Shown here one piece after another: positions 15,237 through 23,763 of a DNA stretch of 41,192 bases. The notes under the pieces were generated by a model. The model was not told the DNA's origin. It did no database searches and worked only from the letters and a program-made list of their open reading frames with translations. The stretch comes from an uncultured archaeon (lineage in GTDB: Archaea > Asgardarchaeota > Heimdallarchaeia > Heimdallarchaeales > Kariarchaeaceae). The DNA lies in contig CAZYCQ010000030.1 in assembly GCA_964645535.1 (NCBI GenBank), positions 1 to 41,192 of the forward strand, given 5' to 3'. The position numbers were made by a program, and so were the translations under genes. The stretch's first letter is position 1. The number at the start of each line of letters is the position of its first letter.

Positions 15237-16079
15237 ATGTCACAAACACCCAAGACACCAGGAGCAACATATATTGAAAGCGACAACCTTAGCCTCGTGG
15301 AATTCCGTAAAGAAGGCAAGGTTGGGTATATTGAACTGACAAACGAAAGAAAAATGAATACGTACAGCCATGAATTCTTTGTGCAGATGGATCGAGCCAT
15401 AATGACCGCAAGATTCGATCCGGATGTTTCAGTCATTGTCATCAAGAACCGGGTTCCCGGTGCTTTTTCGGCAGGGGCAGAAATTTCTTATCTGCAAGCC
15501 TGTAGCACTGACAGCAAAGGCAATTTTTGTCTGCACGGAAATGAAACACTGCTCAAGCTGGAACAAACACCAAAGGTCGTGATTGCGGCAATGAACGGCC
15601 ATACCGTAGGAGGAGGTCTGGAAATTGCCTTGGCGGCAGATATCAGGATTGCAGCTCGTTCTCCCAATCCAGAAAAGGAATACAAGATCGGTTTACCAGA
15701 GGTCAACCTTGGAGTCTTGCCAGGAACGGGAGGGACACAGAGGCTTTGCAGGCTCATTGGAAATTCAAGAGCAATTGATATGATGATAACTGGGAGACTG
15801 GTTACTCCTGATGAGGCATTGGAGTTAGGGCTTGTCAATTATGTGTTTGATGGGAATGAATTTGATGAGAAACTTTCAGAATATCTTTCCTTGCTAACTT
15901 CAAAGCCAGGAATGGCAATCGGATTGATCAAGAGAGCCGTTGTTTCAGGATCGCAAATGAGTCTCCACGAAGGCCTCACTCTTGAGAGAGAACTTCAGAA
16001 CCGGCTGTTTGCTTCGGAAGATGCACAAGAAGGAATAAACGCCTATCTTGAGAAACGAAAGCCAAATTGGAAAACATGA
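15237..16079 (+). CDS. Enoyl-CoA hydratase/crotonase, possibly BoxC-like ring-opening hydrolase
   Basis: AFSAGAEI, FCLHGNETL.KLEQTPK, NGHTVGGGLEIALAAD and IGLPEVNLGVLPGTGGTQRL; both catalytic Glu are present. Divergent from the epoxidase genes. Confidence 0.8.
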   Translation: MSQTPKTPGATYIESDNLSLVEFRKEGKVGYIELTNERKMNTYSHEFFVQMDRAIMTARFDPDVSVIVIKNRVPGAFSAGAEISYLQACSTDSKGNFCLHGNETLLKLEQTPKVVIAAMNGHTVGGGLEIALAADIRIAARSPNPEKEYKIGLPEVNLGVLPGTGGTQRLCRLIGNSRAIDMMITGRLVTPDEALELGLVNYVFDGNEFDEKLSEYLSLLTSKPGMAIGLIKRAVVSGSQMSLHEGLTLERELQNRLFASEDAQEGINAYLEKRKPNWKT

Positions 16080-16154
16080 AAGAACCCACCAATTTTCGTT
16101 TCATTCTCCTAAAGCTTTATACAGGGTTATACAAAAATTGATTGAGGACATACC

Positions 16155-18524
16155 ATGGTACACCTAAAGGTCGTTCAAGCCCCGATTGAAGATTTCGGGA
16201 AGAAAATCGTCCGAATTTCAAGGACCTTGATGGATGAGTATGAGTTCAAAAAAGGAGAAATCATTGAAGTGATTGGGGAGAAACGGACTGGAGCAAAGGT
16301 GTATCCAATCGGAGAAAAAAACAGGAAGCTTCTGACCGGCTTGAAACTGCATGAAGATTCCTACGTTGAAGGATTCATCATGATGGATGGATTAACAAGA
16401 GCCTCAATTGCGGCATCACTTGAATCGGTTGTACGGATTGACAAATCGGTTTCGAAGCCTGCAAAAAAGATCGTTATTGCACCCGTCGATGAACGAAGTG
16501 ATCCAGAAAATATGGAAATTGATTTTTCGACCATTCTTGGTCAACCGTTCTCCACATATGACTTTCTTATTCTTCCAACGATAGCAGAAAGCAAAACTTT
16601 GGTCGAAGAAACCCTGAAAGAAGATGACATCATCAAGGTACAGGAAGAAGGACTGAGGGTCAATGAAGGTAATGATGTGCTCACCAAGTCCAAACCAGTC
16701 CACATTGCCTTGGCAACGGAAGCAGTCAATTCAATACTTGGGGAAACAAGGTTTGTTGTTCTGGATACACAACCCCCAGGTATTGTGATTGTTTCAAAGG
16801 AAACGGAGTTTGAAGTGATCAAGCCACCCACCAAGCATGTTGTCAGTCGAAGTGCCAAGATTACCTATGATGATTTTGGGGGATACAAGCGCCAATTGCG
16901 TCGATTGCATGAACTTATTGCATTGCCCCTTCAAAATCCTGAATTTTTCAAGCAATTGAACATTGACTTTCCTCGAGGGGTGATCATATCTGGAGTCTCT
17001 GGAGTGGGCAAAACATTGCTTGCTGAAGCGATTGCCAACGAGACAGGTGTCTATGTTGTCAAGATTGAGCCATCGGAAGTGATCTCAAGCAATGTCGACG
17101 AATCAGAACGACGGATAAAGAAATACTTCAAAGAAGCAGTGATCAATGCCCCAAGCCTGATAATTTTGGACAATATCACAACCATCGCTCCTCGAAGGGA
17201 TCCAATGGTGGCAGGAGAGCTTGCAAGGCGTATCACCTCAGAATTTATTTTCCAGATTGATCAACTTCCAAAAGATGTCCCAGTATTTATCATTGCCACC
17301 ACCAACAGACCAGAGGACATTGATCCAGGATTCAAAAGAGCAGACAGACTTGAAGTTGAGGTAACCTTGACCCCTCCCGACAAGACCGAAAGAAAAGAAA
17401 TTTTGGCAATCAAGACCCGAGGCGTTCCTCTTGATCCGTCAGTCGATATTCATGAGTTGGCCGAAAGAACGAAAAGGTTTACAGGTGCAGACCTGAATAG
17501 GTTGGTGAAGGAAGCTGCATTGTCTGCAATGAGCAGGCTTCTTCCAAGCATTGATTTCAGCAAAGGAATTCCAAAAACGATCATCAGCTCATTGAGGATA
17601 ACCAGAGAGAATTTTGAAGAGGCATTCAAACATTTGGAGCCCTCAGCGATGAAGGAATTTTCAATGGATATTCCTGAGATTACTTGGCATGATATCGGGG
17701 GACTTACAGAAGTCAAACAAAAACTTATTGAGGCAGTGGAATGGCCCTTGAAATATCCAGATATTTTTGTAGAGATGGGGATAACACCACCATCAGGGGT
17801 CTTGCTTTATGGACCGCCCGGAACGGGGAAAACGTTGCTGGCAAAAGCAATTGCCAATGCTTCAGACAGTAATTTCATTGCAGTCCGGGGACCGGAACTC
17901 CTCAGCAAATGGGTGGGTGAATCTGAAAAGGCAGTTAGAGAGGTTTTCAGACTGGCTCGTCAAAATGCCCCTTCCGTCATTTTCTTTGATGAAATTGATG
18001 CCCTTGTTCGTACAAGGGGAAGTTCAGGAAGTGAAACATGGATGGACAGTCTAATCAACCAATTGTTAAGCAGTATGGATGGAATAGACAGAAAAGGCAA
18101 GATTCTGGTGATCGGTGCAACAAATCGTCCAGATGCATTGGATCCTGCGATCATGCGTCCAGGAAGATTTGACCGATTGATTTATGTCCCGATGCCAGAT
18201 GAGGAGACACGCCTTGCCATTCTCAAAGTCCATACCCAATTCATGCCATTGGATTCGGATGTTGATTTGTCAGAAATAGCCAAGAAAACCAAGTACTATG
18301 TCGGTGCGGATCTAGAAAACCTTTGCAGAGAGGCAGCGATCATTGCAATGAGAGAAGACCTTTTCAAAAGGAAGGTTTCAATGAGGCATTTCCTCAAGGC
18401 ATTGGAAGGAACAGACCCTACAATGTCTCCAGAACTTGACAGCTATTACAACGAGCTTTCGAAACATCTGAGAGGAAACATAACAGCTAAGGTTTCCAGA
18501 AATACAAGGGATCTATTCGCTTAA
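16155..18524 (+). CDS. cdc48: Cdc48/VAT-family type II AAA+ ATPase with degenerate D1
   Basis: Cdc48 N-domain. D1: [33 protein letters not shown]2 canonical: [43 protein letters not shown]. Confidence 0.9.
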   Translation: MVHLKVVQAPIEDFGKKIVRISRTLMDEYEFKKGEIIEVIGEKRTGAKVYPIGEKNRKLLTGLKLHEDSYVEGFIMMDGLTRASIAASLESVVRIDKSVSKPAKKIVIAPVDERSDPENMEIDFSTILGQPFSTYDFLILPTIAESKTLVEETLKEDDIIKVQEEGLRVNEGNDVLTKSKPVHIALATEAVNSILGETRFVVLDTQPPGIVIVSKETEFEVIKPPTKHVVSRSAKITYDDFGGYKRQLRRLHELIALPLQNPEFFKQLNIDFPRGVIISGVSGVGKTLLAEAIANETGVYVVKIEPSEVISSNVDESERRIKKYFKEAVINAPSLIILDNITTIAPRRDPMVAGELARRITSEFIFQIDQLPKDVPVFIIATTNRPEDIDPGFKRADRLEVEVTLTPPDKTERKEILAIKTRGVPLDPSVDIHELAERTKRFTGADLNRLVKEAALSAMSRLLPSIDFSKGIPKTIISSLRITRENFEEAFKHLEPSAMKEFSMDIPEITWHDIGGLTEVKQKLIEAVEWPLKYPDIFVEMGITPPSGVLLYGPPGTGKTLLAKAIANASDSNFIAVRGPELLSKWVGESEKAVREVFRLARQNAPSVIFFDEIDALVRTRGSSGSETWMDSLINQLLSSMDGIDRKGKILVIGATNRPDALDPAIMRPGRFDRLIYVPMPDEETRLAILKVHTQFMPLDSDVDLSEIAKKTKYYVGADLENLCREAAIIAMREDLFKRKVSMRHFLKALEGTDPTMSPELDSYYNELSKHLRGNITAKVSRNTRDLFA

Positions 18525-21500
18525 TTTTCTCTGAGATTTTCCTCATTGATTCTTTTGATTTCCACAAATACGGAGACAATAACCATTACAAAGACTGCAA
18601 ACAGGTTTGTAAGAATAAGTGGCAGTTGCCAAGGGTTCAATGTCAAGTCTTTACCAAAAAGGGTGAGATGATTCAATTCCACAAAATAGGAAAGTAGCCC
18701 ATACCCTGCAAAGTAACCGATTAAAGAAAGAATAGGAGTCACAACAAACAGTTCACGCGAAACCAATAGAATTGAGCTTCCTTTAGAGGTGCCAATGGAA
18801 AGCAACGTTCTAAGTTCCTTTTTTGAAAGGACAACAAAGAAATCGATTGATCTGAGAATGTTTATGACAAGAATAAATGAGATGACGATAATCTCTGCCA
18901 AAAACACTAGTTTTACAAGTGTGATTAGATTTCCCAAAAAAGATTCCAAATAGGCGGAAGAAGAAACCGCTCCAAGGTTAACATTAATTGCACCTTTGTT
19001 GAGCAGGGTTGAATCCACAAACTGATTGTTGATGCCTGAAAAGTCAAGTGTCACCTCTATGGAAATGAATGGGATATCCTCTGTGTTTAATTGGATCAAA
19101 TGTGTTCGAGAATTACTTAAAATAACTTTGATATTCATTTTTCCATAAGGAAAGGATTGGATACTCCATATCTCCAAATCGGAAGAGGTTCGCTCTGATT
19201 TACCTGAATGGATGATCCCAAGGATTTCATGCTGGAAAATTATATCTTTGATATAGAAATTCCCTTGTTTAGTAACAGTCAGTGAAATTTCCTGATACTT
19301 AATGGGAAGATCAAAAGCCATATTCCTTGCGAATTCAACGGAAAATTGGAAAAGATATGGTGTATCATCAATAACAATTGACGCAGAATAATTTGAGCCA
19401 GGTATGGAAATCCTCTGAAGTTTGGAAATATTGCCATTGAATACCATTAGTCCAGATTTCAAATCCCTAATTATCAATGGACCAGCATATGCATCAGTCA
19501 ACCCTTCATTGAGATTGTTGGTGTAAATTCGAATCCAAGGATCAAATATCTGCAAGTCAATTTCACGAGAAGAATAATTAACGGAATAATCGAAGCTAAT
19601 GGCAATTCCGGAAGTGAAGACATTTTGAATGGTCAATTGATGGTCAAACAATTGGACAGTGGTCTCAGCATTGTTGAGAAAAGCAGTGATTACACCTACT
19701 TGCTGAATTTGAACCTCAAGACCAAGGATTGGAAATGATGAGTTGTCTCGCATGGCCACCCTAATAGAATAAGGGTTTCGTACTTGATTCAAAGCAACAA
19801 CTGTATCATAGATATGGACTTTACCAAACCTATCGGTTACTGCCAAATATAACGAGACTTCCTCCATGATGGGGGAATTGAGAAAAATACTTGAATTGTA
19901 AACTCCGGCCATCATCGTACCGTTTTGATAATTGATTGAATATTCGATGTGTCTTGCACCTGAAATTACAAGATCTACAAAGGAAGCATTGGTGGTATAT
20001 GGGAGTGCTGGCATGGAAAAACCGGGAGATGTTGCCACAAAAAACGGATTGCCAAGGCCATCAAAGTAAACTCCATCGCGAAGTATGAAAGTTTCATTTG
20101 CCCCTATCAGGTAACCTTCAGAAAAACTCAGCAGAGGGGAGTTGAACGCAACATATCGTCCTTTAGAGGTATATGAAGGGACATCAAGCACAAAGGAAAA
20201 GGAATTGTTGTTAGAATCGGTTACAGTAACCCGGAATTCTCCAGGAGGAAGGACGATTCGTGTAGGGGAAAGCCTAGTTGGAATGAATGTCATTCCATCA
20301 AGATGTTCAAAAGAATATAAGTAATCATCAAGTTCAAACTGTCCAGTGGCAGAGTTATTCAGAAATTGGATGTGAGGGGTGGGAAGATCGGGAATAGAAG
20401 CGGTATCGTTTACTTTCCAAGAGAATTCATCCACAAGAAAACTAGATTGACCGATTTTCTGATAAATCTGAAGTGTGGCATTAGATGCATATGATGGAAC
20501 AGAATATGGAATATTTGGAGTGACAGAATATGAATCTCCTGCAAGAGTTAATTTCAAGTCAAGCAGGAAAGGATCATACAGGAAAATCATGTCGGAAGTA
20601 TTGAGTTGAATGCCAGAAGTAATGTTTAGAGGAATACCAGTAGAGTTTTCAATTGAAACAAGGGAGAACAGGGATGCAGGAGGGGTAACGTTTAATTGTA
20701 CAATGCCGGTAGTAAGTTGGATGGCTATTTCGCTCTGATTTATTGTGTGATTTGCAATCAAATAACCGAAGCCTTCGGAAACAGGAGCATAAGACCAATT
20801 CGTTGGAACGGAAACAACGGCACTTCTATGCCAAATGGGGTAGCCAATAGCAGGATAAATCATTGGAGATGGAGTTGGCAATCTCCATCCTGCAAGGTTT
20901 GCATTTCGATCAACAATTATGTTGTAGGTTTTAACGAACATGTTGCCTAAATGATCAATCAATTGGAATTGAATGGAGTAGAGACCATTTTCCGAGGGTA
21001 AATGGAATTGAATGACCTTATCGGTCATGGAGAAGGAGGTTTGTTCCTTATTGATTAGAACCCTGATTTCATCTATGGCATCGACACTTACTGAAGCGGT
21101 TACCATTTCAAATGGGAGGTAATGTGCATAATCAACCAATGCCGAAACAAGGATACTTTTTTGGGTGTTGATGCTGAAACGAAACTCTCCGACAATGGTG
21201 GTGGGATCAGTTTTTGGTTCCAAAACCTGCAACACATAGGAGCCATCGGGTGCACTGATTCGAACCAACCCATGCTCAATGTCTGCATTTAGACCAGAGA
21301 TGAGTTCCGTTCCATTTTCAGAGATCAACCGAAGTTTTTGGTGAGGAAGCAGATTTTCTACCTTGAGGGCAATTTCCGAGGAAAGATAAGTTATTCCTTG
21401 AGGTTCAGAAAACGAGATTGCTGGGAGGTGATCAAACACATCTATGGTTTGGGTAATTGAGCCAGTCACAGTAAAATCGACATTCATTTCTTGTGTGCCG

Positions 21501-22567
21501 AAGGGAACTGTGAGAGTATAGTTTCCTTTCCTCAGGTTTAGATGTAAATTGTTTTCTGTTGAATTCCCGGATAACGTATCTCGTTCGGAGGAGATTATAT
21601 AGCTAAAATTGGAAAACGGTAGTCCTTTGTAGGTTAAATTCAATGTGACATCAAAAACGTATTCTCCTGTTCGGATGGTCAATTTAGTGTCATCGATCAC
21701 TTGGAACTTTTGATCTCGCAAAATCTCATAAGGAGATCGTAAAATCAGACGATACTGCCCCGCAGGAAAGAAATATCTTTGTGATGCATTAGCAGGACCT
21801 GAAACAAGTCCTTTATTTTCGATATCCAATATTGACAACTGAAGTTCAGAGATTTCCGAACCGTTGTCAAATCCTATATTGATGATCACTTCAAATTTCT
21901 GTGTGAGAAGGTCAGAAATGGTTTCGGAATCCAATTGGAAGGGATCATAATTCACTTGAACATGGGTATATTGGGCAGTGAAGGAAGCCAAATATTGTGC
22001 GGTATCAACAGACAGGAGCAACTCGTACTGATATGGCAATTTTGATTCGAAGAAACCAACGATCTCTACCCATGTCGATCTCCCGCTAATTGTGGAAGAG
22101 ACAAAAATACGATCCCCCAATCGAATGTTGAATCTTGCTTGGAGAATTTTCCCGACGATAGCAGTTCCAGGATCCAAAGAAGTCAAATTGTTTGCTCCTT
22201 CAACAATTCTGAAGCTGGGATCGAACTGGGCAAGATGGAGCAGATTGACACCTCGGAAAAACGCAGGTTGTTCATTGATCACGGCAGGCTGTAGAACCTC
22301 TTCACTATAGGATAGCACACCCGGAAGGATATCAAGGCTTTTGACGACCTCTTTAGGGATGCGAGAAGTAAATGGTGTATTGACAGTGGTGTCATATATG
22401 ATTGTTGTATTGGGGCGTGTATCAAAGAAATTTGTAGACTGTTGATCCAAAGTGGATATGCCGATGATTGTCCCTGAAAAAATTGCAGAGGCAAGAATGA
22501 TTGAGATAATGGTTGAGGAAAACCTTTTTTTGGGGATGAGGCGGGGAAAAAGAAACATGGACATCAT
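18521..22567 (-). CDS. Giant FtsX/MacB-type ABC permease with ~1000-aa extracellular beta-rich insert
   Basis: N-terminal TM; MacB-like extracellular domain (FRGV..IVEG..AIVG..L..RFNI.LGD.I...IVGFF); long beta-rich region with many N-x-S/T; C-terminal FtsX segment (KKELRTLLSIG) with TM helices. Exact start uncertain (22567, 22564 or 22558). Confidence 0.8.
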   Translation of the reverse strand: MMSMFLFPRLIPKKRFSSTIISIILASAIFSGTIIGISTLDQQSTNFFDTRPNTTIIYDTTVNTPFTSRIPKEVVKSLDILPGVLSYSEEVLQPAVINEQPAFFRGVNLLHLAQFDPSFRIVEGANNLTSLDPGTAIVGKILQARFNIRLGDRIFVSSTISGRSTWVEIVGFFESKLPYQYELLLSVDTAQYLASFTAQYTHVQVNYDPFQLDSETISDLLTQKFEVIINIGFDNGSEISELQLSILDIENKGLVSGPANASQRYFFPAGQYRLILRSPYEILRDQKFQVIDDTKLTIRTGEYVFDVTLNLTYKGLPFSNFSYIISSERDTLSGNSTENNLHLNLRKGNYTLTVPFGTQEMNVDFTVTGSITQTIDVFDHLPAISFSEPQGITYLSSEIALKVENLLPHQKLRLISENGTELISGLNADIEHGLVRISAPDGSYVLQVLEPKTDPTTIVGEFRFSINTQKSILVSALVDYAHYLPFEMVTASVSVDAIDEIRVLINKEQTSFSMTDKVIQFHLPSENGLYSIQFQLIDHLGNMFVKTYNIIVDRNANLAGWRLPTPSPMIYPAIGYPIWHRSAVVSVPTNWSYAPVSEGFGYLIANHTINQSEIAIQLTTGIVQLNVTPPASLFSLVSIENSTGIPLNITSGIQLNTSDMIFLYDPFLLDLKLTLAGDSYSVTPNIPYSVPSYASNATLQIYQKIGQSSFLVDEFSWKVNDTASIPDLPTPHIQFLNNSATGQFELDDYLYSFEHLDGMTFIPTRLSPTRIVLPPGEFRVTVTDSNNNSFSFVLDVPSYTSKGRYVAFNSPLLSFSEGYLIGANETFILRDGVYFDGLGNPFFVATSPGFSMPALPYTTNASFVDLVISGARHIEYSINYQNGTMMAGVYNSSIFLNSPIMEEVSLYLAVTDRFGKVHIYDTVVALNQVRNPYSIRVAMRDNSSFPILGLEVQIQQVGVITAFLNNAETTVQLFDHQLTIQNVFTSGIAISFDYSVNYSSREIDLQIFDPWIRIYTNNLNEGLTDAYAGPLIIRDLKSGLMVFNGNISKLQRISIPGSNYSASIVIDDTPYLFQFSVEFARNMAFDLPIKYQEISLTVTKQGNFYIKDIIFQHEILGIIHSGKSERTSSDLEIWSIQSFPYGKMNIKVILSNSRTHLIQLNTEDIPFISIEVTLDFSGINNQFVDSTLLNKGAINVNLGAVSSSAYLESFLGNLITLVKLVFLAEIIVISFILVINILRSIDFFVVLSKKELRTLLSIGTSKGSSILLVSRELFVVTPILSLIGYFAGYGLLSYFVELNHLTLFGKDLTLNPWQLPLILTNLFAVFVMVIVSVFVEIKRINEENLREN

Positions 22568-23754
22568 AGGAAATCTGGATCCTCCTTTTTCGTGATGACA
22601 AGACCAATCGCGGTTCCCAAGATTGAGGTAGTGGAACTCAGTAGAATTAATTCGAAGAGAACCTGAAATTGTGCATCCGATACCACATAAATGCTGTTGA
22701 AAATCAATGCCAAGGTCGAGAAAATCAGATTATAGATGACAAGGCTAGTAATATAAGAAAACAAGGAACTTAAGATCGAAACCAATATGAACTGGGTCAT
22801 GATAAGTCTGACAATTGAAAAACGGGTAAATCCAATGGCTTTGAGAACCTTCAGTTCTTTTTTACGTTCTTGTATCAAAAGGTAGGTGGAATTGACGATA
22901 GAGACAAGTATGAGTACAAAGATGCTGACAAGGAGAACACGCAAAAGACGTATGATGTCATTTTTCGAAATTTCCAAGTATTTGGTCACCGCACTGTTGG
23001 TCTTGATTTCAATTCCTTCAATTTCGGTTAACTTGGCAATTACACGGTTCAGATTTTTTTTGGTGACAAGACCCTCTAGAAGGGAACTTGAGATAATAGA
23101 AAATTGAAGACGATTTGTTTGATCAAGAGGAAGTCTTTTCCAAATAACATTCCAATCAGCAAGTATTCCGGATCCAAAAGCATCTTGGTAGGTGGACTGC
23201 AATGTCAGGTTCAATTCTGATTTTACATCAGTGATATACACGTGGTACAGCTCACCAATAACAAAGAATGAAGGGTCATTTATCCAATATCCTTGGTTAA
23301 TCAACAAAGAATCATTCAACTGAAATTTGATTGCGTTAGTTCCAAATAGCTGCGTCAGATTTGTAAAAGTAAATTGGATGCGCCGTGAAGAGTCTTCGTC
23401 ACTTAGGTCGGCAAAGGTCACCCTACTGAAAAGATATTGGACATTTGAAATGACGGATGTTTGGTTGTGAAGAGCCTCAAGGTCATTTCTGGTAAGCCCA
23501 TAAGGGTTCAGGTTCTCTTGGGCAATAATTTGCTGGAACTGGATCAATTGGGAAGAGGTAAAAACTTCATATTGTGAAATCACGGTGACTTCAGTCACCT
23601 CATTTTGGACAGTAGAGGTTAAACTATCAATCTCAGTAGTCAGTCCATCTATGATAAGAGTGGTTGAGGCAAAGGCCATCATTGAAATCACCATTCCGAC
23701 AACCAAGTAGTTCAATTTTTCTGAATTCCAAACAAAATACCTCAACCCTAACAT
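22564..23754 (-). CDS. FtsX-like ABC permease
   Basis: N-terminal TM, extracellular domain, IQERKKELKVLKAIGF FtsX signature and C-terminal TMs; ATGA overlap with the downstream giant permease. Confidence 0.85.
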   Translation of the reverse strand: MLGLRYFVWNSEKLNYLVVGMVISMMAFASTTLIIDGLTTEIDSLTSTVQNEVTEVTVISQYEVFTSSQLIQFQQIIAQENLNPYGLTRNDLEALHNQTSVISNVQYLFSRVTFADLSDEDSSRRIQFTFTNLTQLFGTNAIKFQLNDSLLINQGYWINDPSFFVIGELYHVYITDVKSELNLTLQSTYQDAFGSGILADWNVIWKRLPLDQTNRLQFSIISSSLLEGLVTKKNLNRVIAKLTEIEGIEIKTNSAVTKYLEISKNDIIRLLRVLLVSIFVLILVSIVNSTYLLIQERKKELKVLKAIGFTRFSIVRLIMTQFILVSILSSLFSYITSLVIYNLIFSTLALIFNSIYVVSDAQFQVLFELILLSSTTSILGTAIGLVITKKEDPDFL

Positions 23755-23763
23755 TGAACCACC

